A DNA stretch of 64,000 nucleotides from Flavobacteriales bacterium (GTDB taxonomy: Bacteria > Bacteroidota > Bacteroidia > Flavobacteriales_E > Vicingaceae), in assembly GCA_020635815.1 (NCBI GenBank), contig JACJZB010000006.1, forward strand, positions 40,192 through 104,191, written 5' to 3'. Of this stretch, positions 1-10,262 are shown one piece after another. Position numbers and translations under genes: made by a program. The first letter of the stretch is position 1; every line of letters begins with the position of its first letter. The notes beneath the pieces were generated by a model. That model saw only the letters and a program-made list of their open reading frames with translations. It was not told where the DNA came from and did no database searches.

Positions 1-114
1 ATTGCTTTATTTGTTTTTTGGATTTTAGGATTAATTGCGGCTGTTAACTCTGAGAAAAAAGCAGTTCCTTTTGTAGGTAAATTTTACCAAGACTTATTCG
101 GAAGTATTGGATAA
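1..114 (+). CDS. 3' end of small membrane protein (DUF4870-like), truncated by window start
   Basis: Frame 1 reads IALFVFWILGLIAAVNSEKKAVPFVGKFYQDLFGSIG*, resembling DUF4870-type C-termini. Confidence 0.55.
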   Translation: MALFVFWILGLIAAVNSEKKAVPFVGKFYQDLFGSIG

Positions 115-189
115 ACCTAAAAGCATTTCTTCTATAAACTCTTAACAATTGCTCGGCACAGCCGAGCGAATGGTAAGGTATTGGGAAGA

Positions 190-1908
190 TTAAAACCTAA
201 CACCTACAACACAAACATCGTCCAGTTGCTCTAAATCATTTTTCCAATTGTAGAAAAATTGCTTTAGCTCTTCTTTTTGGTCGTGTATTTTTGTTGATTG
301 AATATCGCACAGCAATTGTTTAAAGTTTTTCCATTTCAATTTTTTTCCTTTTTCTCCGCCAAATTGATCTGGATAACCATCGGTAGATAAATAGACCGTA
401 TCACCTGGTTTAGCTTCAATTGTATGGTTGATAAATTCTTTCTTCTCTTTAAAAATTGAAAATCCTATTGACTCTCTATTTCCTTTAATCTCTTTAAAAT
501 CGTCTCCATCACATACAAATAAAGAATGATAAGCACCTGCAAAACTCAATTCTTTTGTCGTTGTATTATAAGCACAAATACCCATATCTACCCCATCTCT
601 TACTTTTTCGGTTGATTTAGAGAATAAATTTCGCATTAAATTATCTAGCTCACTTAATATAAGTGATGGCTGTTTTATTTTTCGTTCCAAAACCACCTTA
701 TTTAGCATATTAAATGCAATTAAACTTACAAATGCCCCTGGAACACCATGACCAGTACAGTCAATAGCCGAGAAAAATATCACTTCATCAACTTGTTCTA
801 CCCAATAAAAATCACCACTTACAATATCTTTTGGCTCATAAAAGACAAAACTATTTGGTAATAATTTTTTTATTTTATTATCTTCAGGTAGAATTGAATT
901 TTGGATACGTTTAGCATAATGAATACTATCCGTTATTGCAATGTTTTTCGATTCAATCTCATTTCGTTGTAATTCAATTTGAGCAAATGTTTTAGTTAAA
1001 AGATTATTCTTCTCTTTAATCTCATTTGCTTCCGACTGTATGCTTTTAAACTGAAAATCGAATTCTATTCGTTTAAGTTTATGGGTGTTATTTTGAGTTA
1101 ATACTTCATTTTTCAACTCATTATGTAATTCTAAATATTTGTAAGCTTCTTCCCAATTCCCTTTTTGTTTATGACAACTAGAATATAATTCATAAATTTC
1201 ATAAATATCTTCTTTAGCATTTTTTTGAGTAGCCAGAGCTAATGCTTTGTCAAGTTCTGTTAACACATCTGTATTTCCGTTAATTAACTTTATACTCGAC
1301 AACATATTATATGCTGCAATGGTAATTTGCCAGAACCCTGATTTTAAAGCATATTCCAATCCTATTGTTATATACTTTGTTGCTTCCTCAAAATTCTTAC
1401 AATAATAATTAACCTCACCAATATTAAAGTTCACAATTGCATTCATATGATCATCCAAATCATACTTCAAACATTCAATAAAATATTCTAAGGCCTTATC
1501 ATAATCTTTAAGTACAGTATAAGTATCTCCAATATTACTAAGTGTACTCAGTTTTCCTTTAAAATCGTTTGCTTGTTCTCGCAATGCTAAGCATTCAAAA
1601 TTACAAGCTAATCTTTTCTTGTAATCTCCGGTAAAATTGTAAACAAAGCCTAACGTATTTAAACAATTTGCTTGCCCCTCTTTATCATCTAGCGATTCAT
1701 AAAGCTCTTTGGCCTGCATTGCATATTGCATTACTTCACCGTAGTTTGATACACTTAAAAAACAACTAGCAAGTTGTTTATAGCTATCAGCGATGCCTTT
1801 TGTATAGAAAATATTTTGAGCAATTTTTAGTGCTTCATTTGAAAGTTCTTGAGCTAATAAATAATTCTCCTCAATTTTCGTGTTTGAAACAGCTAACAAT
1901 TTATCCAC
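190..1908 (-). CDS. TPR-repeat + SpoIIE/PP2C-type serine phosphatase
   Basis: N-terminal TPR helices; C-terminal VSGDFY, DCTGHGVPGA, TDGYPDQFGG and DDVCV motifs. Confidence 0.88.
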   Translation of the reverse strand: MDKLLAVSNTKIEENYLLAQELSNEALKIAQNIFYTKGIADSYKQLASCFLSVSNYGEVMQYAMQAKELYESLDDKEGQANCLNTLGFVYNFTGDYKKRLACNFECLALREQANDFKGKLSTLSNIGDTYTVLKDYDKALEYFIECLKYDLDDHMNAIVNFNIGEVNYYCKNFEEATKYITIGLEYALKSGFWQITIAAYNMLSSIKLINGNTDVLTELDKALALATQKNAKEDIYEIYELYSSCHKQKGNWEEAYKYLELHNELKNEVLTQNNTHKLKRIEFDFQFKSIQSEANEIKEKNNLLTKTFAQIELQRNEIESKNIAITDSIHYAKRIQNSILPEDNKIKKLLPNSFVFYEPKDIVSGDFYWVEQVDEVIFFSAIDCTGHGVPGAFVSLIAFNMLNKVVLERKIKQPSLILSELDNLMRNLFSKSTEKVRDGVDMGICAYNTTTKELSFAGAYHSLFVCDGDDFKEIKGNRESIGFSIFKEKKEFINHTIEAKPGDTVYLSTDGYPDQFGGEKGKKLKWKNFKQLLCDIQSTKIHDQKEELKQFFYNWKNDLEQLDDVCVVGVRF

Positions 1909-1978
1909 TTGTTCTTCAGTAGATAAATGTTTAATCTCGGATAATATGTTTTTAATATTGTTCAGAGTTATTTTTTAT

Positions 1979-4588
1979 TTAAAAGCTAACTTTCGATACT
2001 TTTTTACCTCTCGATAGTTTCTTAGCTGCACTTGATTTTCCTTTCTTTTTGTTTTCTGCTTGTCCGCTCGACTTTATTGAAAAACCTGCTGCTTTCATTT
2101 GTGCTTCTTGTTCAGCTTTCTCTACTTCTGCTTTTGCTTTCGCTTTAGCCTCTGCTTCAAGTTGTGCTGCTATTCGAGCTTCTTCCATTGCTTTTAATTC
2201 AGCATCGCGTTTTGCTTGCTCTTCAGCCATCTTTAAGTTTAAAGCTTCTTGCTCTTTTTCAGCTGCAAGCTGAGCCTCTCTAGCTGCTTTTGCTTCAGAT
2301 TCTGCTTTCTCTTTCGCTAATCGTTCCTCTTCTTGCTTTTTCGCTTGAGCTTCTGCTTCTGCTTTAGCCTTTGCTTCGGCTGCTGCTGCTGCCTTAGCCT
2401 CTGCTTCGGCTTTCTCTTTCGCTAATCGTTCTTCTTCTTGCTTCTTCGCTTGAGCCTCTGCTTCTGCTTTAGCCTTTGCTTCGGCTGCTGCTGCTGCCTT
2501 AGCCTCTGCTTCGGCTTTCTCTTTCGCTAATCGTTCTTCTTCTTGCTTCTTCGCTTGGGCCTCTGCTTCTGCTTTAGCTTTGGCTTCAGCTTCTGCTGCT
2601 GCCTTTGCTTCGGCTTCCGCTTTCTCTTTTGCCAATCGTTCTTCTTCTTGCTTTTTCGCTTGAGCCTCTGATTCCGCTTTTGCTTTTGCTTCTGCCTCTG
2701 CTGCTGCTTCCGCTTTCTCTTTCGCTTTCTCTTTTGCCAATCGTTCCTCTTCTTGTTTCTTCGCTTGGGCTTCTGATTCTGCTTTAGCCATTGCTTCTGC
2801 TGCTGCTGCTACTTTTGCTGCTGCTTCCGCTTTCTCTTTTGCTAAACGTTCTTCTTCTTGCTTTTTCACTTGAGCTTCTGATTCTGCTTTAGCTTTTGCT
2901 TCGGCTGCTGCTGCTGCCTTAGCCTCTGCTTCGGCTTTCTCTTTCGCTAATCGTTCTTCTTCTTGCTTCTTCGCTTGGGCCTCTGCTTCTGCTTTAGCTT
3001 TGGCTTCAGCTTCTGCTGCTGTCTTTGCTTCGGCTTCCGCTTTCTCTTTCGCTAATCGTTCTTCTTCTTGTCTTTTGGCTTCTTGTGCCAATCTTGCTTT
3101 TTCTTCAGCTTCTTTAGCCGCTTTTGCTTCAGCAGCTGCTTTCTCTTTTGCCAATCGTTCCTCTTCTTGTTTCTTCGCTTGGGCTTCTGCTTCTTCTTTA
3201 GCCTTGGCTTCGGCTGCTGCTTTAGCTTTGACTTCTTCTTCCGCTTTCTCTTTCGCTAATCGTTCTTCTTCTTGCTTCTTCGCTTGGGCTTCTGCTTCTG
3301 CTTTAGCTTTGGCTTCTGCCTCTGCTGCTGCTTTTGCTTCGGCTTCCGCTTTCTCTTTCGCTAATCGTTCTTCTTCTTGCTTTTTCGCTTGGGCTTCTGC
3401 TTCTGCTTTAGCCTTGGCTTCTGCCTCTGCTGCTGCTTTTGCTTCGGCTTCCGCTTTCTCTTTCGCTAATCGTTCTTCTTCTTGCTTTTTCGCTGCAGCT
3501 TCGGCTTCCGATTTTGCTTTTGCTTCTGCTTCTGCTGCTGCCTTTGCTTCAGCTTCCGCTTTCTCTTTCGCTAATCGTTCTTCTTCTTGCTTTTTCGCTT
3601 GAGCTTCTGCTTCCGATTTTGCCTTTGCTTCGGCTTCGGCCTTAGCTTTTGCTTCTGCTTCCGCTTTCTCTTTTGCCAATCGTTCTTCTTCTTGCTTTTT
3701 CGCTGCAGCTTCGGCTTCGGCTTTTGCTTTTGCTTCGGCTTCTGCCTTAGCCTTAGCCTCTGCTTCGGCTTTCTCTTTTGCCAATCGTTCTTCTTCTGCT
3801 TTTTTTGCTGCAGCTTCCGCCTCTGCTTTTGCTTTTGCTTCGGCTTCGGCTTTTGCTTTTGCTTCAGCTTCGGCTCTTTCTGCCTCTTCTTTTTTCTTTA
3901 CAGCTGTTTCCATTAAAACCAACCTGTCTTTTGGTTCTTGTTTTGTTGGATCTAAACTAACTGCTCTTTGATAGGCCACTTTAGCAGTTTCAAAATCTTT
4001 CTTAAAAAAAGCTTTATCCCCTTCTTTCATCGCTTCATTAAATTGTTCTTTTTTTAACCTTTCTGCCTCTTCTGCTTTTTTAATATTGTCTTTATATGTT
4101 GATAAAACAGTGTTTAATCGCTGAGCAATTGGTGCTGTATATCCCATATCCCAATCAATTTCATTTTTTTGTGAGATGTAACTCGCCTTACCAATAGGTT
4201 GATTTAAAAATGCAACATCTAAATCTTTATTATTCTTAAATAAAGTCATCTCAACAAACAAATCATTCATTTTTGTTCGTTTATCAGGATGAACGCCTTT
4301 AGTGCTTACTAATATCTTTTTAGGAACAAAACCTGCCTTTTCGTATAACACAGTAAACTCATGCTCAAAATCTACAAAAACTTCATATTTACCTTTTCCA
4401 TCGGAAACTACATTGGTTACATATTTTCCATTTTCTGTCACTTTAATACTCACACCCGACATAATATCTCCACTAAAATACTCTGTAACTTCACCACTTA
4501 TTAAAAGTTTATCTGCATTATCGTCCTGAGCTAAAACAACTGAGTATAAAAAGGTTACAACTAATATTGATAAAATATATTTATACAT
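1979..4588 (-). CDS. Exported protein with TPR and very long TolA-like Ala/Glu/Lys helical repeat region
   Basis: Signal peptide, beta-sandwich-like N-domain, TPR-like segment, then many KKQEEERLAKEKAEAEAKA repeats. Confidence 0.8.
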   Translation of the reverse strand: MYKYILSILVVTFLYSVVLAQDDNADKLLISGEVTEYFSGDIMSGVSIKVTENGKYVTNVVSDGKGKYEVFVDFEHEFTVLYEKAGFVPKKILVSTKGVHPDKRTKMNDLFVEMTLFKNNKDLDVAFLNQPIGKASYISQKNEIDWDMGYTAPIAQRLNTVLSTYKDNIKKAEEAERLKKEQFNEAMKEGDKAFFKKDFETAKVAYQRAVSLDPTKQEPKDRLVLMETAVKKKEEAERAEAEAKAKAEAEAKAKAEAEAAAKKAEEERLAKEKAEAEAKAKAEAEAKAKAEAEAAAKKQEEERLAKEKAEAEAKAKAEAEAKAKSEAEAQAKKQEEERLAKEKAEAEAKAAAEAEAKAKSEAEAAAKKQEEERLAKEKAEAEAKAAAEAEAKAKAEAEAQAKKQEEERLAKEKAEAEAKAAAEAEAKAKAEAEAQAKKQEEERLAKEKAEEEVKAKAAAEAKAKEEAEAQAKKQEEERLAKEKAAAEAKAAKEAEEKARLAQEAKRQEEERLAKEKAEAEAKTAAEAEAKAKAEAEAQAKKQEEERLAKEKAEAEAKAAAAAEAKAKAESEAQVKKQEEERLAKEKAEAAAKVAAAAEAMAKAESEAQAKKQEEERLAKEKAKEKAEAAAEAEAKAKAESEAQAKKQEEERLAKEKAEAEAKAAAEAEAKAKAEAEAQAKKQEEERLAKEKAEAEAKAAAAAEAKAKAEAEAQAKKQEEERLAKEKAEAEAKAAAAAEAKAKAEAEAQAKKQEEERLAKEKAESEAKAAREAQLAAEKEQEALNLKMAEEQAKRDAELKAMEEARIAAQLEAEAKAKAKAEVEKAEQEAQMKAAGFSIKSSGQAENKKKGKSSAAKKLSRGKKVSKVSF
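2270..3870 (-). repeat. Degenerate tandem coding repeat, ~105 bp (35 aa) unit
   Basis: TTTCTCTTTCGCTAATCGTTCTTCTTCTTGC recurs about every 105 bp; boundaries approximate. Confidence 0.9.
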
Positions 4589-4662
4589 GAAAATTATAAT
4601 TCTTAGTAAATTGCAAATTTAAATTAAAGCTTGTTATTTTTGGTGGCAAGTTACAATTTTCT

Positions 4663-5289
4663 ATGATGAAAACCTACTCTACATTTTCTTGTTGTTACCT
4701 CCCTCCAATTGAATATTTTTATTATTTAACCCTAGATAATCATGCCATAATTGACGTTAACGAAAACTTTGTTAAACAAACTTACCGTAATCGTTGCTCC
4801 ATATTAAGTCCTAATGGTAAATTAGATTTAGTTATTCCGCTTTTAAAAAAAGGAAAACAAACTAAAATTAAAAATATAAAAATTGCCTACTATGAAAATT
4901 GGCAAAAGGTTCATTGGAAATCGATAGAAGCCGCTTACCGAAGTTCTCCTTATTTTGAATATTATGAAGACGAATTTAAACCTTTGTTTTTAGATGAAAG
5001 ACCTGAACTTTTAATCGATTTTAATTTAAAATTAATTCATAAAATAATTGAGCTTATTGGTATTCCTGTAGAACTAGTTATTTCAGAGAAATACATAGAT
5101 AAAGACGAAAATGATGCTGATTATCGGTTTATCTCACCCAAAAAGAAACCAAATCTAACTTTTGAAGAATACATTCAAGTATTTAGCGATAAAACTGGTT
5201 TTAACACAAACCTTAGTATTTTAGATTTACTATTTAATGAAGGGCCAAATACTAAAAACTATCTAGTTGCTTGTGTGGAAGTGCACTAA
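4663..5289 (+). CDS. WbqC family protein
   Basis: KQTYRNR, HWKSIEAAYRSSPYFEYY and NLSILDLLFNEGP motifs. Confidence 0.88.
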   Translation: MMKTYSTFSCCYLPPIEYFYYLTLDNHAIIDVNENFVKQTYRNRCSILSPNGKLDLVIPLLKKGKQTKIKNIKIAYYENWQKVHWKSIEAAYRSSPYFEYYEDEFKPLFLDERPELLIDFNLKLIHKIIELIGIPVELVISEKYIDKDENDADYRFISPKKKPNLTFEEYIQVFSDKTGFNTNLSILDLLFNEGPNTKNYLVACVEVH

Positions 5290-6099
5290 TTCATCAATTG
5301 GGCTTTTTACAATTTTTCCTATTTCAACTTCATTATGAAGTGCCACTTCTTTTAATTGTTTACTAAAAACATTTGCGATAGAACCTACCAAATTTAGTGG
5401 ATATTTCTTGTAATTTTTATACTTACAAATGGTTAAATCAAAAAAATGTTGAAAGCAAATTTTTACTAATTCATCCATCTCAGATTCATCTTCATGTTTT
5501 TTTATAAATAGAGTAAACTGAGCTAAATATCGATTAGGTAATGCTTCTTTATAAACAGCATTTAAAATAGTATGTAAACTAAGGGAGTATTCTTTCTCCA
5601 ATTCCTCAGATAAGTTACTCGATAACTCTTTGTTTAAGTATTTCTTAATTAACGTTTTCCCCATATCTACGCCACTACCTTCATCTCCTAAGATGTAACC
5701 TAAAGCAGGAATATTTGATATGATATTTTCTCCATCAAACAAACAAGAATTAGAGCCTGTGCCTAAAATTGCAGACATCCCAGCATTTTTACCACATGTT
5801 GCTCTGGCAGCAGCTAATAAATCGTGATTTACTTCAACTCTTGCATTTTTAAAAAATTGAAGTAGTGCACTTTTTATGAAATCACTTTTTTCTGTGGATG
5901 AACATCCAGCCCCATAAAAATATACCTGAGTAATTAGACTTGATTTTTCTTTTAATGCTGAAGCATTTAATTCGTTTAAAACTTGAGCAACAGACACATG
6001 GTAAGGATTAAAGCCTATGGTTTTAAAAGGTAATATTTCAGTACCTGCAACCAATCTCCAATCTGTTTTTGTTGAGCCACTATCTGCTATTAATATCAT
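5263..6099 (-). CDS. BadF/BadG-type ATPase / N-acetylglucosamine kinase
   Basis: LIADSGSTKTDW, ILGTGSNS and LGDEGSG ASKHA-fold motifs. Confidence 0.85.
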   Translation of the reverse strand: MILIADSGSTKTDWRLVAGTEILPFKTIGFNPYHVSVAQVLNELNASALKEKSSLITQVYFYGAGCSSTEKSDFIKSALLQFFKNARVEVNHDLLAAARATCGKNAGMSAILGTGSNSCLFDGENIISNIPALGYILGDEGSGVDMGKTLIKKYLNKELSSNLSEELEKEYSLSLHTILNAVYKEALPNRYLAQFTLFIKKHEDESEMDELVKICFQHFFDLTICKYKNYKKYPLNLVGSIANVFSKQLKEVALHNEVEIGKIVKSPIDELVHFHTSN

Positions 6100-6185
6100 T
6101 AATTAAAGTTATGATTAAATAAATACCTTTTAATTACTAAGAAATTCAATATATTAATTGGTAGTTTTGCCCAAAATTAAAGAAT

Positions 6186-6689
6186 ATGAATGATATTAAA
6201 AACAAAGTAATTTCAGTAAATTACAACTTATTTAAAGACACCGCTGAAGGTGAAATGATTGAATCTACAGAAGGTAAAGCACCTTTAACTTTCCTTTCGG
6301 GAATGGGACAAATGATTCCTGATTTTGAAAACAATGTAGTAAACCTTAACGTAGGTGATACTTTTTCTTTTGGTATTAAAGCTGAAAATGCTTACGGTTC
6401 TAAAACAGATGAAGCTATTATGGATTTACCACAAGATATTTTTATGCAAGATGGTAAATTAGTGGATGAAGTTAAGCCAGGTAATATGTTACCATTACAA
6501 GACCAAAACGGAGGAGTTGTTCCTGCAATTGTTGTAAAAATAAACGAAACTACTGTAACAATGGATTTAAACCATCCTTTAGCTGACCAAGATTTACATT
6601 TTACAGGTAATGTTGTTGAAGTAAGAGAAGCTACTGCTGATGAAATTAGCCACGGACATGTTCATGGTGAAGGCGGAGTGCAACACTAA
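6186..6689 (+). CDS. slyD: FKBP-type peptidyl-prolyl isomerase SlyD
   Basis: FKBP fold with IF insert, DLNHPLA motif, His-rich tail HGHVHG. Confidence 0.88.
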   Translation: MNDIKNKVISVNYNLFKDTAEGEMIESTEGKAPLTFLSGMGQMIPDFENNVVNLNVGDTFSFGIKAENAYGSKTDEAIMDLPQDIFMQDGKLVDEVKPGNMLPLQDQNGGVVPAIVVKINETTVTMDLNHPLADQDLHFTGNVVEVREATADEISHGHVHGEGGVQH

Positions 6690-6707
6690 ATAAAAATATA
6701 ATTGATT

Positions 6708-6741
6708 AAAGAGGCTAACCATTTTGGTTAGCCTTTTTTTT
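6708..6741 (+). terminator. Rho-independent terminator after slyD
   Basis: AGGCTAACCA-TTT-TGGTTAGCCT followed by a T-run. Confidence 0.85.
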
Positions 6742-6827
6742 ATCAAAACTTATCGTTTTTAATTAACAACTCTTGACTTTATCGTAAAAAACAGCTAACT
6801 AAGAACTGAGTTAAAAAACAAGCTTTA

Positions 6828-7632
6828 TTAAGCTAATTTTGAAACAAAGTTCTCATCATAAGGCAGTCCTGATTTTGCAATAGCGAATGATTGTTTTAAT
6901 AACTTATTAGATACTGCAATTAAAGCCAATTTCTTACTTTTTCCTTTACCGACTAATCGCTCATAAGTTTCTCGACAACCTTTATTTTGTTTACAAGCTG
7001 AAAAAGCACATAAAAACAATAAATTTCTAAGTCTTTTATTACCAACCTTACTTATTCTACCTCCCACACTACTTCCTGAATGCTTTATTGTTGGTGTTAT
7101 ACCAGTATAACTACACAATTGTGAAGCTGTCTCAAATCTTGAAAAACCATCCGTAATTACAATTATAATCCGACGGAACTCCCAAAACCTCTTCTCCTTT
7201 CTTTTTATTTTTTGTGGATGTAAGTTTTTTTAAATAAATAGCTAACAAACTAAATAGCTGTAAACATTCACTTTGAACTGCTTTGGGAGCTGTATATAAA
7301 GGCACTTCTTGTTGAATCCCATATTCACAAATTAATTTTGAATCACTCTTATCTGTCTTTACTTTCGACAATTTCATCTGTATAAATCGTTTCACCGATA
7401 ATGGATTTACGACTGACACCTTTACTCCGTGATTGTAAAGATAAGCTGCTAAACAATAATGATAATAACCTGTTGCTTCCATAACAACTAATACTCCTTT
7501 AGGTAATAATTTAAAAAAAGAAGTAAACCCTTTTTCCGCATTACTAAACTGTCCATAACCTGTTTTCGATCCGTAATAATCAAATACATCTTTACTATTG
7601 TCTACTCCATAAATTTCTGTATATTTATCCAT
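6828..7632 (-). pseudogene. IS110 transposase/recombinase with internal deletion and frameshift
   Basis: DEDD-type N-domain (GVDNSKD, MEATG, KTDKSD) joins near 7170 out of frame to IIVITDGFSRFETASQLCSY...HSGSS...GNKRLR; the central coiled coil is missing. Confidence 0.85.
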
Positions 7633-7639
7633 AATAACT

Positions 7640-7805
7640 GTTTTTTGAAAGAACCAACTACTCTTGTTTCAACAACTTAAAACGAGGTCCAAGCCTCACA
7701 GAACTGACCGAAATTTTAGTAGTAAAAGAGAAGGGATTATCAAAGTTCTCGAGATCTAGGTCTCATCGTTTAACTTAACCTTTTTCTTCTCTTTTGTTCT
7801 TTCTG
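7640..7805 (-). ncRNA. Putative IS110 bridge RNA
   Basis: Nested stems GAAAGAAC/GTTCTTTC, ACTACT/AGTAGT, AAAAGAGAAG/CTTCTCTTTT, GAGG/CCTC; loops match the element end and the flank. Confidence 0.6.
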
Positions 7806-7925
7806 GTTAAACTCTTAAATTTATAAAATGTAAACTTAAGTCGGTTAACACTTTGTGTAAAGAACATTAAAACGTTCCAAATAAAGGGAGTTAAACAAAA
7901 AGCTACAAATAAAAATCTTTAAATT

Positions 7926-8852
7926 ATGAATAGAATTATTCTTTTTATGTTTTTCCTTATTTGTACAAAGGTTTCCACATCTCAAGTTACTTTTACAGAT
8001 TTAAACAATAAATGGTATGTCGTAAAATCATTTCCAGATGGAAACATTCAAAATCCCTCATTTATAGCAACCACCACCACATTATATGCAAATACTGGAG
8101 ATTCCATCATTAATAATGAAACTTGGACAAAAATAGGCTCTACTCAAGATTCATCACTCTCCTTAGTTAATTACAACAATTTAGGAATGACAAAAGTTTA
8201 TCAGAACTATATCCTTTTTATTGAGCAAGGAGCTACCTCAATTGATACTATTTACAATTTTAATATTAATATTGGTGATTCCATTCTATATAATTTTAAC
8301 TCTTCACTCCCTACATATCTATATCTAGATTCTATTGACAGCACTTTAATCAATGGTTTTTATCATAAAGTATTCTATTTTAACAACGTTGACTTCCCTC
8401 TTTGTTGCTCGGTTAAAGAAGTCTGGATAGAAGGTATAGGTAGCCTTCATGGACCACTTTTTCCATTTTACCCTAAAATATTAGAAATAGAATCTTATAA
8501 TGAAGGAAATGATTTAAGTTGCTTTACACAAGATGACATATCTACATGGAATCACCCAGATTACAATAATTGTTATATAAATATCGTCTTAAATATTGAT
8601 CAAAATAGTTTAAGTAAAAATATACTCTTTTATCCTAATCCTACAAAAGGATTTCTGACTATTGATATTAGACATATATATAAAAATATAAACATCAAAA
8701 TTACAAACATTGTAGGTCAAGAAGTTTTAACTAAAACTTTTAGTAACACTAATAAAATACCTATTAATATACAAGAACAAGAAGATGGGATATATTTTAT
8801 TCATATTCAATGTGGTTCAATAAACACAGTTTTAAAAATTATTAAAAAATAA
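7926..8852 (+). CDS. Secreted protein with T9SS type A C-terminal sorting domain
   Basis: Signal peptide; WIEGIGS motif; C-terminal FYPNPT...GIYFI...KIIKK. Confidence 0.85.
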   Translation: MNRIILFMFFLICTKVSTSQVTFTDLNNKWYVVKSFPDGNIQNPSFIATTTTLYANTGDSIINNETWTKIGSTQDSSLSLVNYNNLGMTKVYQNYILFIEQGATSIDTIYNFNINIGDSILYNFNSSLPTYLYLDSIDSTLINGFYHKVFYFNNVDFPLCCSVKEVWIEGIGSLHGPLFPFYPKILEIESYNEGNDLSCFTQDDISTWNHPDYNNCYINIVLNIDQNSLSKNILFYPNPTKGFLTIDIRHIYKNINIKITNIVGQEVLTKTFSNTNKIPINIQEQEDGIYFIHIQCGSINTVLKIIKK

Positions 8853-9066
8853 ATTCCCACACCATATTAAAAAACTTGAAGCTCCCCTTTTAATTGATTC
8901 CTCAATTTACCTCTCCATTTTTTATTGATTAAAGAAACTGTTAAAGCTATCTTAACTCTATTTATTACTAACATTAACAACGAAGCAAAAAATAAATACA
9001 ATAGATAGAAGGGAAATTATTACCTAAAAAAACTAAGTTTGTATAAACTTAAAAACCAAAACTAAT

Positions 9067-9564
9067 ATGTCGAAAATAACCTTAAAAGGAAATGAAATAA
9101 ATACTGTTGGTGAGTTGCCAGCAGTAGGTTCAAAAGCTAAAGATTTTAAATTAATAGGAGGAGATTTAGCTCCAAAATCGTTAAATGATTTTAGCGGAAA
9201 CAAACTAATTTTAAACATTTTTCCGAGTATTGATACGGGAACTTGTGCAGCATCTGTTCGTAACTTTAACAAAGAAGCTACTAACCTAACCAACACAAAG
9301 GTATTATGTATCTCTAGAGATTTACCATTCGCTCAAAAGCGTTTTTGTGGTGCTGAAGGTATTGAAAATGTAGTTATGCTTTCTGATTTTAAAACAGGTC
9401 AGTTTGGTAAAGATTATGGGTTAGAAATTTTAGATGGTCCATTAGCTGGATTAAATTCAAGATGTATTGTTATTCTCAACGAAGAAGGTGATGTAATATA
9501 TACTGAACAAGTACAAGAAACTACGGAAGAGCCCAATTACGAAAAAGCTTTAAATAGTCTTTAA
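9067..9564 (+). CDS. tpx: Thiol peroxidase
   Basis: FPSIDTGTC and SRDLPFAQKRFC motifs. Confidence 0.95.
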   Translation: MSKITLKGNEINTVGELPAVGSKAKDFKLIGGDLAPKSLNDFSGNKLILNIFPSIDTGTCAASVRNFNKEATNLTNTKVLCISRDLPFAQKRFCGAEGIENVVMLSDFKTGQFGKDYGLEILDGPLAGLNSRCIVILNEEGDVIYTEQVQETTEEPNYEKALNSL

Positions 9565-9574
9565 ATAAATTTTC

Positions 9575-10195
9575 TTGGAAGTAATTTCAACAAATATTGC
9601 CATTCCTACCTCGATAAATTGGAATGGAGAAAAAGTAGAAACAGGTATTTATAAAACGCCTGTTTCTACCTCTTTATTTTTAAGAAAAAGTGGAGTTAAG
9701 GACGATCATGTAATTGATCAAAAACATCATGGAGGCGAGCATAAGGCTTGTTATTTTTATGCAGCTAATCATTATGAATATTTTAAAGTTCTTTACCCTA
9801 ATATTGAATGGAAACATGGTATGTTTGGTGAAAACTTAACCATCGATAATTTTGAAGAAACTAACATTAGGATTGGCGATACTTTTAAAATTGGAACAGC
9901 CATAATTCAGGTCTCAGAACCTCGTAAACCTTGTTATAAACTTGGTATTCGCTTTAACAATCAAAAAATATTGAATGATTTTATTCAATCTTCTTACTCT
10001 GGGTTTTATGTTAGAATTTTGCAAGAAGGAGAAGTTAAAATTGGAGATTCGTTAGAGTTGATTAAACGAAATCCAAACGATTTATCTGTAGAAGATGTTT
10101 TTAGTTTATTATCGTACAACAAAGACAATGAACTGCTTAAACAAGTAATAAGAGAAGAACCTTTACTCTCAGAAAAGTACAGGAATTCAATCTAA
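9575..10195 (+). CDS. MOSC domain protein (YiiM-like)
   Basis: TGIYK, HHGG, FGENL and PRKPCYKL motifs. Confidence 0.88.
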   Translation: MEVISTNIAIPTSINWNGEKVETGIYKTPVSTSLFLRKSGVKDDHVIDQKHHGGEHKACYFYAANHYEYFKVLYPNIEWKHGMFGENLTIDNFEETNIRIGDTFKIGTAIIQVSEPRKPCYKLGIRFNNQKILNDFIQSSYSGFYVRILQEGEVKIGDSLELIKRNPNDLSVEDVFSLLSYNKDNELLKQVIREEPLLSEKYRNSI

Positions 10196-10262
10196 AAATT
10201 AGAAACATCTTACTTTATCGGCTTTTAATAGTAATTTTACACTATCTATTTTAGCACTATTT

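Larger units (their letters stand above)
6802..7840 (-). mobile_element. IS110-family element (defective)
   Basis: Split IS110 recombinase, ~200-nt structured non-coding leader, no TIRs; proposed CT cores at 6802-6803 and 7839-7840 (AG on + strand). Confidence 0.75.

Noticed and set aside
2049-3960. Several + strand ORFs (Ala/Ser-, Phe/Cys- or Leu-rich)
   Set aside because: Antisense shadows of the low-complexity repeat gene
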